Positions 37,528 through 48,955 of a stretch of DNA of 64,000 bases are shown piece by piece. The notes under the pieces are model-generated. The model was not told the origin of the DNA. It worked only from the letters and a program-made list of their open reading frames with translations, and did not search any database. Position 1 is the stretch's first letter, and every line of letters starts with the position of its first letter. The DNA is from Patescibacteria group bacterium (GTDB lineage Bacteria > Patescibacteriota > Patescibacteriia > XYB2-FULL-38-15): NCBI GenBank assembly GCA_041737355.1, contig JBGSRW010000008.1:191061-255060 (forward strand), given 5' to 3'. A program made the position numbers and the translations under genes.

Positions 37528-38628
37528 CTAAAATTCTATTTCCGCAACGACCGGTACAACTTCAACCCAGCTTACTCCCGGGTTGAATTTTATTTCTACC
37601 CCGGCTGAATCGTAAAATTTTGTCCGGCCGCCTTTTTCTTCCTTGCGCCATGTTCCGTCAACCCTGATTCCGTCCTGAAAAACAATTGCCTCGCCGTCTC
37701 CGACCGTATCAATTCTTTCCCGCCCGATCGCGTCTATAACCGTCATTTTGGCGAACTGGACGGCAATGTTTTTCGCCTTTACTTCCTGGCCGTCCCTGTC
37801 CTGCTGGATAACGCCGGCCTGGTATCTCAAATAGTCGTTGGCTTCGCGGTCGTATTGCCAGCCAACCTCGTACGTCTTTGTTGAAAAATAAATTTTTACA
37901 CGCCGCATATCGCTCGGCCGACCGTCAAGTTCGGTTTCAGCCTTAAATTGCCAGGCATCAAAATCTTTTTTAATCTCCCCGCTCTTATCGCCAAAAGCTT
38001 TGGCGAGCCGGTCAACCGAAGTATAAAGATTATGCGGAGCATATCTTGTTTTTGATCTCCAAAAATAGCCGCCGTTCGAAAATTCGTTTAAATCCAAAAT
38101 GTCATACTTTGAAATAGACGCAAGGGCTTCCGGACTCCCGCCCGAGTGAGCGTAGACCGCGCCGTATTCTCCAGCCCAGTCCAAAAAATATGGCCTGGCG
38201 CTGCGGACCGGACCGATTTCTGAGGCCTCGGCAGCCGCCGAATACAGGGCGAGAATTCTCGTTATGCCGCCTTCGGCCAAAGTTTCATAAACAATATTCG
38301 CCCGGGAAATTCCGGAAAGAGGCCTCGCGTCAACCATGTTTTCAATCTGAACTGCAAAAATCGGAGGATTGACTTCTTCTTCCGTATCGACTCCGACTCC
38401 GTCCAAAAGACGGTAAAAATTGAAAATCGGTTCTTGTTCCCGAATCTCGGCTTGTTTTTCATTTTCCGCCGGCTCGCGGGAAAACAAATCGAGAAACGAA
38501 GTTTTGGTCAGAAGAAAATATCCGCCGACCATGACTACGCAAATCAAAATCAAAAACAAAGAAACAACCAGCCAAACCCGGGGTTGTTTCTTAATAAAAT
38601 CAACAATTTTCTGTATTGGTGCGTACAT
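37528..38628 (-). CDS. DUF3048 domain protein
   Basis: IENMVDARP.SG, YETLAEGGITR, GPVRSARPY, APHNLY; start moved to MYAPI (upstream extension overlaps rplY). Confidence 0.88.
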   Translation of the reverse strand: MYAPIQKIVDFIKKQPRVWLVVSLFLILICVVMVGGYFLLTKTSFLDLFSREPAENEKQAEIREQEPIFNFYRLLDGVGVDTEEEVNPPIFAVQIENMVDARPLSGISRANIVYETLAEGGITRILALYSAAAEASEIGPVRSARPYFLDWAGEYGAVYAHSGGSPEALASISKYDILDLNEFSNGGYFWRSKTRYAPHNLYTSVDRLAKAFGDKSGEIKKDFDAWQFKAETELDGRPSDMRRVKIYFSTKTYEVGWQYDREANDYLRYQAGVIQQDRDGQEVKAKNIAVQFAKMTVIDAIGRERIDTVGDGEAIVFQDGIRVDGTWRKEEKGGRTKFYDSAGVEIKFNPGVSWVEVVPVVAEIEF

Positions 38629-38647
38629 TCTATTATCAATTTTCCGA

Positions 38648-39349
38648 CTATTTTTTCTCTTCTTTTTTCTCTTCTTTCTTTTCTCCCGGGGCCGCGGCTT
38701 CTTCCTCCCCTTCTTTCTTTTCTTTTTCAACAACACCGACCGCATCAACCTTCTCTTCAATCGGGGTCTCGAGTTCCGCTTTCAATTGTTCCTCGGTGAG
38801 CGGAGCTTCCGCGCTTGCTACCGTCGCGTTCATATCGGAAAGAACCTTAATACCGGCGGGAATTTTCAAATCTTTAAGATGAATTCTATTTTCAAAAGTC
38901 TTGAGAACTGAAAGATCAACTTCAATCTCGTGAACCAAATCGCCCGGCAAACATTCAATTTCTATTTTGTCGACGCCTTTAATCAAAGTACCGCCAAGCT
39001 CCTTAATGGCCGGCGCCTCACCGATAAATTTGAGCAAAACTTCGGCCTTAATTTTTTCGGTCATCTTAATCTGGCGGAAATCTACATGCGACAAGTTGCC
39101 GGTCAAGGGATCGGCCTGGACCTCCTGAATCAAAACCTTTACCGGAGCGGCGCTGTCAACTTTCAAATCGATCAAAGTGCTTTCGCCGGCCTCCTTGTAA
39201 AGCTTGACAAAAGGCATGGCCTGCACGCTTAAATTCTGCGGTTTGACGTCTTTTCCGTAAACCACGGCGGGAATAAGGCCGCCCTTGCGGAGATCCTTCA
39301 CCTTTTTACCGATAATTTTTCTTGTTTGAGCTTCCAGATTTAAGGTCAT
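38648..39349 (-). CDS. rplY: 50S ribosomal protein L25/Ctc
   Basis: LRKGGLIPAVVYG, HVDF, C-terminal Ctc extension. Confidence 0.95.
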   Translation of the reverse strand: MTLNLEAQTRKIIGKKVKDLRKGGLIPAVVYGKDVKPQNLSVQAMPFVKLYKEAGESTLIDLKVDSAAPVKVLIQEVQADPLTGNLSHVDFRQIKMTEKIKAEVLLKFIGEAPAIKELGGTLIKGVDKIEIECLPGDLVHEIEVDLSVLKTFENRIHLKDLKIPAGIKVLSDMNATVASAEAPLTEEQLKAELETPIEEKVDAVGVVEKEKKEGEEEAAAPGEKKEEKKEEKK

Positions 39350-39435
39350 AAAAAATAAAAAAAATAAAGCTTAAAAACTTATGTGATTAGATTTTACCAA
39401 TAAACCGCCCCGGAAGTCAAGGCGCCGCCCCGATT

Positions 39436-40530
39436 TCAGGATCTTATGGCCACGCTTTCAAGAATACCTATCATCGCGAGATTAATAACCAGAGCGCTGC
39501 CGCCGTAGCTTAAAAAGGGCAAAGAAATCCCCGTGACCGGCGCGACTCCCACGGTCATTCCGATATTCACAAAAATTTGGATTAGAAAAACAATCGCCGT
39601 CCCGACCACGAGAAAAAGAGCGAAATTATCGCGGGTTTTTTTCGCCAGATGGACTATCCGCCAGAAAATAACGCCCCATAAACCCAATATCAGGCATGAC
39701 CCCAAAAACCCGAGCTCTTCGGCCAAAACGGCGAAAATAAAATCCGTCTGGCTTTCCGGGATAAACCTCAACTGGCTTTGCGGGCCAAAACCGATTCCTC
39801 TGCCGAAAAATTCTCCGGACCCGACGGCAATCTGTGCCTGGCTGATATTATATCCCCGGCCGAGCGGATCCCGCGACGGATCGAAAAAACTCAAAATTCT
39901 GTCCTTCTGGTAATCCTGAAAAACAAAAAACCATGACCCGGCAAGAAGCACCGCGATAACAAGAACTATAAGCGCGACATGGGACCGTTTCATTCCTATC
40001 AAAAAAAGCATGGCAAGCCAAAGGGCAAAAAGGACGAGCGCCGACCCGAAATCCGGCTGCAACAGAACCAGGACAACCAACACCGCGGAAAAAAATCCGC
40101 TGATGACAATGTGCCTGAAACGAAAAATTTCGTAAGCCCCGCGGACAAAATATCTGCTCAAAAATACTATCAGGGCGATTTTGGCGAATTCGACCGGCTG
40201 GAAATTAAACCATGAAAAACCGAACCATCCCTTGGTCCCGCGGATTACGTTTCCAAAAATCAAAACGCCAACCAAAAGCAAGGCGGCCAGACCGTAAATA
40301 AACCAGCTGTAAAACCGGAGCCATTTGTAATCCAAAACGCTCGAAGCAAAAAAAGCGATAAGGCCTATCCCGATAAAAATAAGCTGTTTTTTAAAATTCA
40401 AAAAATCCGGCACGCTCTTGTTCAGCGAGATGCTGTAAAGAGCGACCGAACTCAAAACCAAAAGAAGGAAAACGGCCCCGGCCATTACCCAGTCAAAGCG
40501 TTTTAAAAAATAAAAATATCTTGAAAACAT
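39436..40530 (-). CDS. rodA: Rod shape-determining protein RodA (SEDS)
   Basis: FQPVEFAK, QPDFGS, YQKDRI, AVGSG, PESQTDFIF, LPFLSYGGS. Confidence 0.92.
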   Translation of the reverse strand: MFSRYFYFLKRFDWVMAGAVFLLLVLSSVALYSISLNKSVPDFLNFKKQLIFIGIGLIAFFASSVLDYKWLRFYSWFIYGLAALLLVGVLIFGNVIRGTKGWFGFSWFNFQPVEFAKIALIVFLSRYFVRGAYEIFRFRHIVISGFFSAVLVVLVLLQPDFGSALVLFALWLAMLFLIGMKRSHVALIVLVIAVLLAGSWFFVFQDYQKDRILSFFDPSRDPLGRGYNISQAQIAVGSGEFFGRGIGFGPQSQLRFIPESQTDFIFAVLAEELGFLGSCLILGLWGVIFWRIVHLAKKTRDNFALFLVVGTAIVFLIQIFVNIGMTVGVAPVTGISLPFLSYGGSALVINLAMIGILESVAIRS

Positions 40531-40602
40531 TGGATTTAAAAGCGAATTAGGAACCGAGCGGCCCGCTAATTCGCAAAATTTAATTACCCGACAATGGCCG
40601 GA

Positions 40603-41472
40603 TTAATTGACCGGCATATAAACTTTTTCGTCAAAAATATTGACTTCGGGAGTAATTTTTACGCTTGTTACGGACGGCAACGGCTCAAACCAGCTTACTT
40701 CAACCGGACGGGTTTGTCCAGAAGAAAATTCCTCAAGCGTTACATAGGTTACGCCCGCGAGCGAACTCCCCCGGTAAAGCAAAATATAGAACCCCACATC
40801 CCAAAAACCGAAGGCCGTGGCGTTCTTGGCGTTGAAAGAGGCCCGGCTTACGGTAATCGAATCGCGGACAACAGCCGGAGAAAATTTTACGTCTTCAAAA
40901 ACAAAATTAAGCCGTTCACTCTGCCAAGCGGCATAATCGGGAATTTTATGAGCGTCCACTCTTTGCCAGCGCAAATTATTTATTTCAATTTCGGCCCGGC
41001 GCGGCTTGGCCTTTGAATCGACCGCCAAATTCAGCAAAAACTTCTCTTCGTTCGGCAAAAGAAATCCGCTCTTCGTATCGAGCGCCTGGCCGTCAAGCAC
41101 GAAATTATAATCAAATTCAACGCGCCAGTTCAGATTGGTATTGGAAATTTTCGCGACCAAATCGTACTTTTCTTTTCCGCCGGAAATTATCGAGGTCTGG
41201 CCAAGACTCAAACTTGCCGGCTGGAGCTTATTTATTGCCGAGCCTCCCGATTGGGTAAGCGCCCGGAGCTCCGCTTCGAATTTCGGACCTTCTATGAAAT
41301 AATAATTTACCAGACCGTAAAGCCCATACCCTAAAAGGCCGGCGCTGATCGCGATCAAAAATCCTATTAGAATTTTCTTAAGTAATACCTTATGGGAGAC
41401 GTACCAGCTGGCGGCCTTAAGCTGCTCGTCGGAAAGATTACTAAAATTTGAGGAAGAATCCTGTGGAGCCAT
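40603..41472 (-). CDS. Membrane-anchored hypothetical protein
   Basis: Single N-terminal TM and beta-rich extracellular region. Confidence 0.7.
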   Translation of the reverse strand: MAPQDSSSNFSNLSDEQLKAASWYVSHKVLLKKILIGFLIAISAGLLGYGLYGLVNYYFIEGPKFEAELRALTQSGGSAINKLQPASLSLGQTSIISGGKEKYDLVAKISNTNLNWRVEFDYNFVLDGQALDTKSGFLLPNEEKFLLNLAVDSKAKPRRAEIEINNLRWQRVDAHKIPDYAAWQSERLNFVFEDVKFSPAVVRDSITVSRASFNAKNATAFGFWDVGFYILLYRGSSLAGVTYVTLEEFSSGQTRPVEVSWFEPLPSVTSVKITPEVNIFDEKVYMPVN

Positions 41473-41555
41473 AAAATTTTATAAAATTATTTTTAAACCG
41501 ACGTCTTGACAAAAAAGTTTATTTGTATTAACTTAGCCTGTTGGAGGTGAAAATC

Positions 41556-41738
41556 ATGGCGCATGAAGAAAAGCCCGAGACGGGCAAAGTAGTCGTAATT
41601 CCGACGATTCCCCTGCTGCCTTCCGGCGTCTACGATATGGGAACAATCACCCGCCTTATTTCCGAAGCCGAACTCGCCAACAATCCGCCCGCGTCCGAGG
41701 AATCCAGCTCCGCCGTGCCGAAGCCAGAGGAGGACTAA
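41556..41738 (+). CDS. Small hypothetical protein (single-gene unit)
   Basis: TTGACA-17-TAACTT at 41506, SD GGAGGTG, ATG 41556. Confidence 0.5.
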   Translation: MAHEEKPETGKVVVIPTIPLLPSGVYDMGTITRLISEAELANNPPASEESSSAVPKPEED

Positions 41739-42625
41739 TTCGAACCCGCCTGAAAATCTCGAGCGGGTTTTTTTCTTTTTCCGGCCTGAGAAATAAAATT
41801 TAAAACTTCCATATGTTTTCTGACAATTTCTCCAATTCTCCCGCCCATCTCGTCTTCATGGTCTCCCAAAAATCTTGAAACATCGTCAAAATTCTTCAGC
41901 TTTCTGCCCTCCCCTAATAATCTGGCGCGGACTAAAACATAATTAATAAATTCCAGCAACTGTTCTTCCGCCGAGGCGAGAAAATCATATTTTTCGCCTG
42001 CGTCGCGCGCCCAATCGGATTTTTCCGCCATCAGTTTTTGCAAAGCAACCGTTTTTTCCGGCCCCAAGGCCAAAACTACGCGCGGCATCTCCGCCTTTCC
42101 CGCCTTGCCGTCCGGATCCTCAAGGTATTTTATTTCAACCATTTTCGCCTGGCTCAATTTTTCAAAAACTTTTCCGGCTTTTCTGTGTAAAACCGAAGGG
42201 TCCGCCGAAGTTGTCGCGTCAACTGCCAAATAAACGAACTTGTCAGTATCTTCGTCCAAGAAAGCCACCACGAAATCGGTGCCATTCGTAATATCGTCGT
42301 ACTCCGCGGTTTTTCGCACCGATTCAACGTTTTCGCCAAACCAGCCGCTAACTTTTATTCCTTCCATCAAAACATACTCCAAATCAACCGCCTCGCTGCT
42401 TTTTTCATGGATATAATCCGGTGATTTTTTTATCCGCCTGATTTTCTCCTCATCCTCACGAACTTCCTCGCGCGGATAAACTTTTCCGATGAAATCTTCC
42501 GGGCGAAAAGCCGAATCTCTATGGGGCCTCGCGATTTTACGGTTAAACTCTTCGTTGTTTCCAAGACCAAAAATCTTTCGCGCCTCGAGTCCGGCGAGCA
42601 TATTTCTCTCCACACTCATAATCAA
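41735..42625 (-). CDS. Hypothetical protein (CPR family, W.G...TAEYDD..NG.D...LAVDAT...PRVV)
   Basis: 296 aa ORF in host codon style. Confidence 0.7.
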   Translation of the reverse strand: MIMSVERNMLAGLEARKIFGLGNNEEFNRKIARPHRDSAFRPEDFIGKVYPREEVREDEEKIRRIKKSPDYIHEKSSEAVDLEYVLMEGIKVSGWFGENVESVRKTAEYDDITNGTDFVVAFLDEDTDKFVYLAVDATTSADPSVLHRKAGKVFEKLSQAKMVEIKYLEDPDGKAGKAEMPRVVLALGPEKTVALQKLMAEKSDWARDAGEKYDFLASAEEQLLEFINYVLVRARLLGEGRKLKNFDDVSRFLGDHEDEMGGRIGEIVRKHMEVLNFISQAGKRKKPARDFQAGSN

Positions 42626-42761
42626 ATATCCTTAATAATTTACGCTTTTATTATAGCAAAAAATTGAAAATAAAAAAACGGCCCCGCTTCATTTCCTTTG
42701 CCTTTTGAGCATTAGATTTGAAACGGGGCCAAGAGACCGAAAGACCAAGAGGCCGCGGAGT

Positions 42762-43397
42762 TTAGTCAGAGGGCCAAACTTCGCAGAGCCTAAGGGTCTT
42801 TTTGGGAACAGCCAGAAATCGCTCTTCCTGATCCCATCCCCCGAAGCCCGAGTGCAGGACCAAAAACCGCTTTCCCTCACCGTTCCCGCAGAGGCCCGCG
42901 AATTTGCTGCTAATGTCCGGTTTTCCTCGGCACGAACCGAGGGCCACGATCGGAAACTTCTTCTGCTCCTCCGGGAACCTCGCCCCGAGAGCAAGAAGCT
43001 CCTCAATCCTGGCGGGCCGAAGACCGCGATGCTCCATCTCCGCGAGAACCTCGTCGGTTCTCACCATCTTATCCGGCCCCGGGTAGACAAGGATGAGCTT
43101 GCGCTCGGCCTTGCCCTCGCCTGTGATGTCAAATTGGGAGAAGAGGTCTTCGCACGTGGGCTTCTCCTCGTTACAAACTGGACAGATTTCGTCGGTGATC
43201 TCCTTGTCCACCAAGTCGTAGTGGCCAGCGGCGATCATCTCAGGAAGATCGATGAAGTAATTCACTACCACCTTGAAGCTCCGGTCGGCGAACTGACCCG
43301 GATTCCGCAAGAAGACCTGAAAGGCCTCACGCGTCACCCGGCCGGACTCGATCTGGTGGTGGAGTTCGGAAATCTGCTCGATCGTCGGCTTTGCCAT
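42762..43397 (-). CDS. CPR hypothetical protein resembling a DGR target, paralog of 24879-25487
   Basis: MIAAGHYD, GLRPARIEELLALGA, PIVALGS, RFLAVPK; SD AAGGAG before ATG 43397. Confidence 0.65.
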   Translation of the reverse strand: MAKPTIEQISELHHQIESGRVTREAFQVFLRNPGQFADRSFKVVVNYFIDLPEMIAAGHYDLVDKEITDEICPVCNEEKPTCEDLFSQFDITGEGKAERKLILVYPGPDKMVRTDEVLAEMEHRGLRPARIEELLALGARFPEEQKKFPIVALGSCRGKPDISSKFAGLCGNGEGKRFLVLHSGFGGWDQEERFLAVPKKTLRLCEVWPSD

Positions 43398-43642
43398 TTT
43401 CTTTTCTCCTTGCATCTTTCGGTATTCGCCAGGGCATCCCCACATTATTGTTGGGACAGCCTTTTGATAAACCGACGAGACGCTTGCTCCGCACTCCTGG
43501 CAAAGAGTGAAGAACCTAGCTGAGAGAAATTCCCAGCCTTGTTTTGAAGGTCATAAAACCGTCAAAATAAGGCTAGAAATTCAACTTTAAAAGAACCATT
43601 TTACTAACGTTTTATAATAACAAATTTTCAATGTTTTGTCAA
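43398..43642 (-). promoter_or_regulatory. Promoter and ~210-nt structured leader
   Basis: TTGACA(43642-37)-17-TATTAT with TG; inverted repeat 43527-43582; 17-nt motif shared with 25548-25564. Confidence 0.55.
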
Positions 43643-43658
43643 TAGTAATTCTCGATAA

Positions 43659-45794
<2,136 letters not shown>

Positions 45795-45929
45795 AAAAAC
45801 ACCCCTCGCCGTATTTACCGGACGAGGGGGTTGCGCTATTTTTGCCCTATGCTATACTATCTGTAAATAGCCCCAAGGGCTGTTTTAAAAACTCAAAAAA
45901 ACCTTTAATTACCTTTAAATACAGCTAAA

Positions 45930-46130
45930 ATGACTGTTTCCCTTACCAACAACAAACTGACAAATTATCTGCGTGAATCCTACCAGGAATTAAAAAAAGT
46001 CGTCTGGCCGACAAAGCAGGAAACCACTAACCATACTCTTCTTGTTATCGGCATCAGCCTTGGCGTCGCCGCATTTTTGGGCGCGCTCGATTTTCTCTTT
46101 ACTTGGCTTTTCACAAGCTTTGTGAAATAA
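45930..46130 (+). CDS. secE: Preprotein translocase subunit SecE
   Basis: ELKKVVWPT motif plus TM; upstream of nusG. Confidence 0.92.
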   Translation: MTVSLTNNKLTNYLRESYQELKKVVWPTKQETTNHTLLVIGISLGVAAFLGALDFLFTWLFTSFVK

Positions 46131-46176
46131 ATCCGAAACCTTTCCGCCAAAGGCGGAAATTATATATTTTTAAACT

Positions 46177-46722
46177 ATGCCTAAACAAATAGCCCAAAGA
46201 GGAAGACTCTGGTACGCGATCCATACCTATTCCGGCTACGAGGAAAACGTCGCCCACAATTTGAAACAGAGAATCGAATCAATGGGCATGCAGGACAAAA
46301 TTTTCAGCGTCTTAATCCCGACTGAAAAGAAAATAAAAATTAAAAACGGAAAACGCCGGACGGTAATCGAGAAAATCTTCCCCGGCTATGTTCTCGTGGA
46401 AATGTTTGTCACCGACGATTCATGGTATGTCGTGCGGAACACTCCGAACGTTACCGGCTTCATCGGCACGGGAACGATTCCCACTCCCCTTTCCGAGGGA
46501 GAAATAAAACAGCTCCAGAAAAGAATGGGAGAAGAAGAACCCCAATATAAAATTGACGTCACGGTCGGCGCGCCGGTCAAAATCAACGACGGACCGTTCA
46601 AGGGTTTCGAAGGAAAAATTTCGGCTATTGATGAGGCCCGCGGCAAGGTTAAAGTACTGGTAAGCATGTTCGGCCGGGAAACCCCGGTAGAATTGGACTT
46701 TTTGCAAGTTAAAAAAATATAA
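46177..46722 (+). CDS. nusG: Transcription factor NusG
   Basis: WYAIHTYSGYE, FPGYVLV, KOW GPF.G..G, FGRETPVEL. Confidence 0.97.
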   Translation: MPKQIAQRGRLWYAIHTYSGYEENVAHNLKQRIESMGMQDKIFSVLIPTEKKIKIKNGKRRTVIEKIFPGYVLVEMFVTDDSWYVVRNTPNVTGFIGTGTIPTPLSEGEIKQLQKRMGEEEPQYKIDVTVGAPVKINDGPFKGFEGKISAIDEARGKVKVLVSMFGRETPVELDFLQVKKI

Positions 46723-46788
46723 AATAAAATTACATTGTTATATTGCTAAATGCTTCTAGTTTAGCTCTTAACCATGTAGCGTAAAAGT

Positions 46789-47217
46789 ATGGCAAAAAAA
46801 ATTAAGACAGTAATAAAATTACAAATTCCGGCCGGTAAGGCCAACCCGGCGCCGCCGATCGGTCCGGCGCTCGGCCAGCACGGTTTGAATATCGCCGAAT
46901 TCTGTTCCAAGTTCAACGCGGCCACTTCGAAAATGGCCGGCGACATTATCCCGGCGGAAATCACCGTTTACGAAGACCGCACCTACACCTTTGTTTTAAA
47001 AACCCCTCCGGCGGCCGAACTTTTAAAAAAAGCCGCGGGGATTGAAAAAGGTTCAGGAAAACCCTTGCAGGAAAAAGTTGGCAAAGTCACCCGGGCGCAA
47101 ATCCGGGAAATTGCCGAGAAAAAAATGCCGGACCTGAACGCGAACGATATTGAAGCGGCTATGAGGATTATCGAAGGCACAGCGCGGCAAATGGGTGTGG
47201 AGGTAGTTGAAAAATAA
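46789..47217 (+). CDS. rplK: 50S ribosomal protein L11
   Basis: [26 protein letters not shown]. Confidence 0.97.
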   Translation: MAKKIKTVIKLQIPAGKANPAPPIGPALGQHGLNIAEFCSKFNAATSKMAGDIIPAEITVYEDRTYTFVLKTPPAAELLKKAAGIEKGSGKPLQEKVGKVTRAQIREIAEKKMPDLNANDIEAAMRIIEGTARQMGVEVVEK

Positions 47218-47229
47218 TTTTATATTCAC

Positions 47230-47670
47230 ATGGCATTCAAACTAAATTCGGTCCGGACAGTTTATTTCTACCTGATCGCCCTGATTGCCCTTATGATGAT
47301 TGTCTGGGGAACCGTTGATCTTGCGAACCTCGGCCTTACAACCTGGGTTTTTAAAAAAGCCGATAAAGCCGACGATTGGGCTCCGCCGGTTCCTTACATG
47401 GTAACCGAAGTAAAGCTTGGGGAAACTGCCGCCCGCTGCGCGGAAAAGTGCGATTTAACTGCCGACGAAAAGCTGCAGATTCAAAATTGGCTAGTTGACT
47501 ACAAAAACTGGCAGGATCAGCAAGGAGTTTTGAAGGTCGCGAGAAAACAAAAAAACGCCGTCCGGGATATTTCCATGCTCGTTGTCGCCATTCCCCTGTT
47601 CTTGTGGCATTGGAAAATGATCAGCAAGGAAATAAAAGAAGCGAAGGAAAATACTAATAAAGAAGTTTAA
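47230..47670 (+). CDS. DUF5671-like membrane protein
   Basis: RTVYFYLIALIAL...PLFLWHW, two TM segments. Confidence 0.55.
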   Translation: MAFKLNSVRTVYFYLIALIALMMIVWGTVDLANLGLTTWVFKKADKADDWAPPVPYMVTEVKLGETAARCAEKCDLTADEKLQIQNWLVDYKNWQDQQGVLKVARKQKNAVRDISMLVVAIPLFLWHWKMISKEIKEAKENTNKEV

Positions 47671-47681
47671 ATTTTAATTTC

Positions 47682-47717
47682 GTGGGAGACCAAATTAAAT
47701 AAGGTCGTCATTACCAC
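47682..47717 (+). promoter_or_regulatory. Putative L1-binding autoregulatory leader of rplA
   Basis: GTGGGAG-ACC...GGT-CGTCATT-ACCAC, resembling the L1 site preceding rplA in many bacteria. Confidence 0.65.
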
Positions 47718-47725
47718 AAAAACTT

Positions 47726-48403
47726 ATGCGCGGAAAACGCTATCAGGAGGCGAAAAAATCCATCGACCCTAAAAAGAGTTACTCTCTCGACGAGGCTTTG
47801 GACATGATTAAAAACGGACCTAAAGAAAAATTCGATGCCGGAGTTGAAATCCATATCAAGCTCGGCATTGATCCTAAAAAGGGCGATCAATTGGTGCGCG
47901 GCATGCTCGTTTTGCCCCATGGCATCGGCAAGACGAAAAAAATTGCCGCTTTTGTCGAACCGGCTCTGGAAAAAGAGGCAAAAGAGGCCGGCGCGGAAAT
48001 CGTCGGCGGAGAAGAATTGATTAAGGAAATCAAATCCTCGGAAAAGGCCAATTTTGAAATTGCAGTGGCAACTCCGACCATGATGCCTAAACTCGCCCAG
48101 ATCGCGAAAATCCTAGGTCCCAAAGGCTTGATGCCGAACCCGAAAACCGAAACGGTCAACCCGAATATCAAAAAAATTATCGGGGAATTAAAGAAAGGAA
48201 AAATCAACTTCAAAAACGACGACGGCGGAAACATCCATCAATTGCTTGGAAAAGTTTCCTACGATAAGGAAAAACTTCTGGCGAACCTGACCGCTTTCAT
48301 CGAAGCCGTCCGCAAGGCCAAACCGGCCGCGGCCAAGGGCGTTTACATCCAAACCGCCGTTATCTGCTCGACCATGGGTCCGGCGATTAAAATAAACTTC
48401 TAA
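47726..48403 (+). CDS. rplA: 50S ribosomal protein L1
   Basis: VRG..VLPHG.GK, LGPKGLMPNPK, STMGP. Confidence 0.97.
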   Translation: MRGKRYQEAKKSIDPKKSYSLDEALDMIKNGPKEKFDAGVEIHIKLGIDPKKGDQLVRGMLVLPHGIGKTKKIAAFVEPALEKEAKEAGAEIVGGEELIKEIKSSEKANFEIAVATPTMMPKLAQIAKILGPKGLMPNPKTETVNPNIKKIIGELKKGKINFKNDDGGNIHQLLGKVSYDKEKLLANLTAFIEAVRKAKPAAAKGVYIQTAVICSTMGPAIKINF

Positions 48404-48416
48404 TCTCAAAATAAAT

Positions 48417-48950
48417 ATGGAAGAAAAATGTTATCGTCCGAATTGGGACGATTACTTTATGGCGATTACCAGAATTGTCGCTACCCGCGGCACTTGCGAC
48501 AGATTGCGGGCCGGCGCGGTTCTTGTAAAGAAGAATCGGATAATCTCCACGGGCTACAACGGTTCGCCTCCGGGGCTTCCTCACTGCGATGACGTTGGTC
48601 ATTTGATGGAAGAAGGGCATTGCATCAGAACAATCCACGCGGAACATAATGTTATTTTGCAGGCGGCTGTTATCAGCGGAGCAAACACAGAAGGCTCAAC
48701 CATGTATACGAAATTCAACCCCTGTATGCATTGCGCGAAATATGTCGTGGCTGCCGGAATAAAAAGAGTTGTTATCGGCAAACTATATCGTGGAGAAAAA
48801 GCCGTGGAATATTTGAAAGAGGCCGGAGTGCAAGTTGACATTTACCAGGAAAATCCCGAGTGGAATAAATCCGTCCGGGAACTTTTTAACCAGGAAATTG
48901 AACAAACATTAGCTAAAGAAGGCGATGTTCAATTGCAGGTCGCAAAATAA
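48417..48950 (+). CDS. dCMP deaminase (ComEB-like)
   Basis: RP.WDDYFM, TGYNG, HAE, PCMHC. Confidence 0.92.
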   Translation: MEEKCYRPNWDDYFMAITRIVATRGTCDRLRAGAVLVKKNRIISTGYNGSPPGLPHCDDVGHLMEEGHCIRTIHAEHNVILQAAVISGANTEGSTMYTKFNPCMHCAKYVVAAGIKRVVIGKLYRGEKAVEYLKEAGVQVDIYQENPEWNKSVRELFNQEIEQTLAKEGDVQLQVAK

Positions 48951-48955
48951 ATACT

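Noticed and set aside
38629-38760. Poly-Lys/Arg N-terminal extension of the DUF3048 ORF
   Set aside because: Alternative-frame reading of the Glu/Lys tail of rplY; the real start is probably 38628
42705-43523. 272-aa + strand ORF
   Set aside because: Antisense to the DGR-target-like gene; a consequence of codon bias
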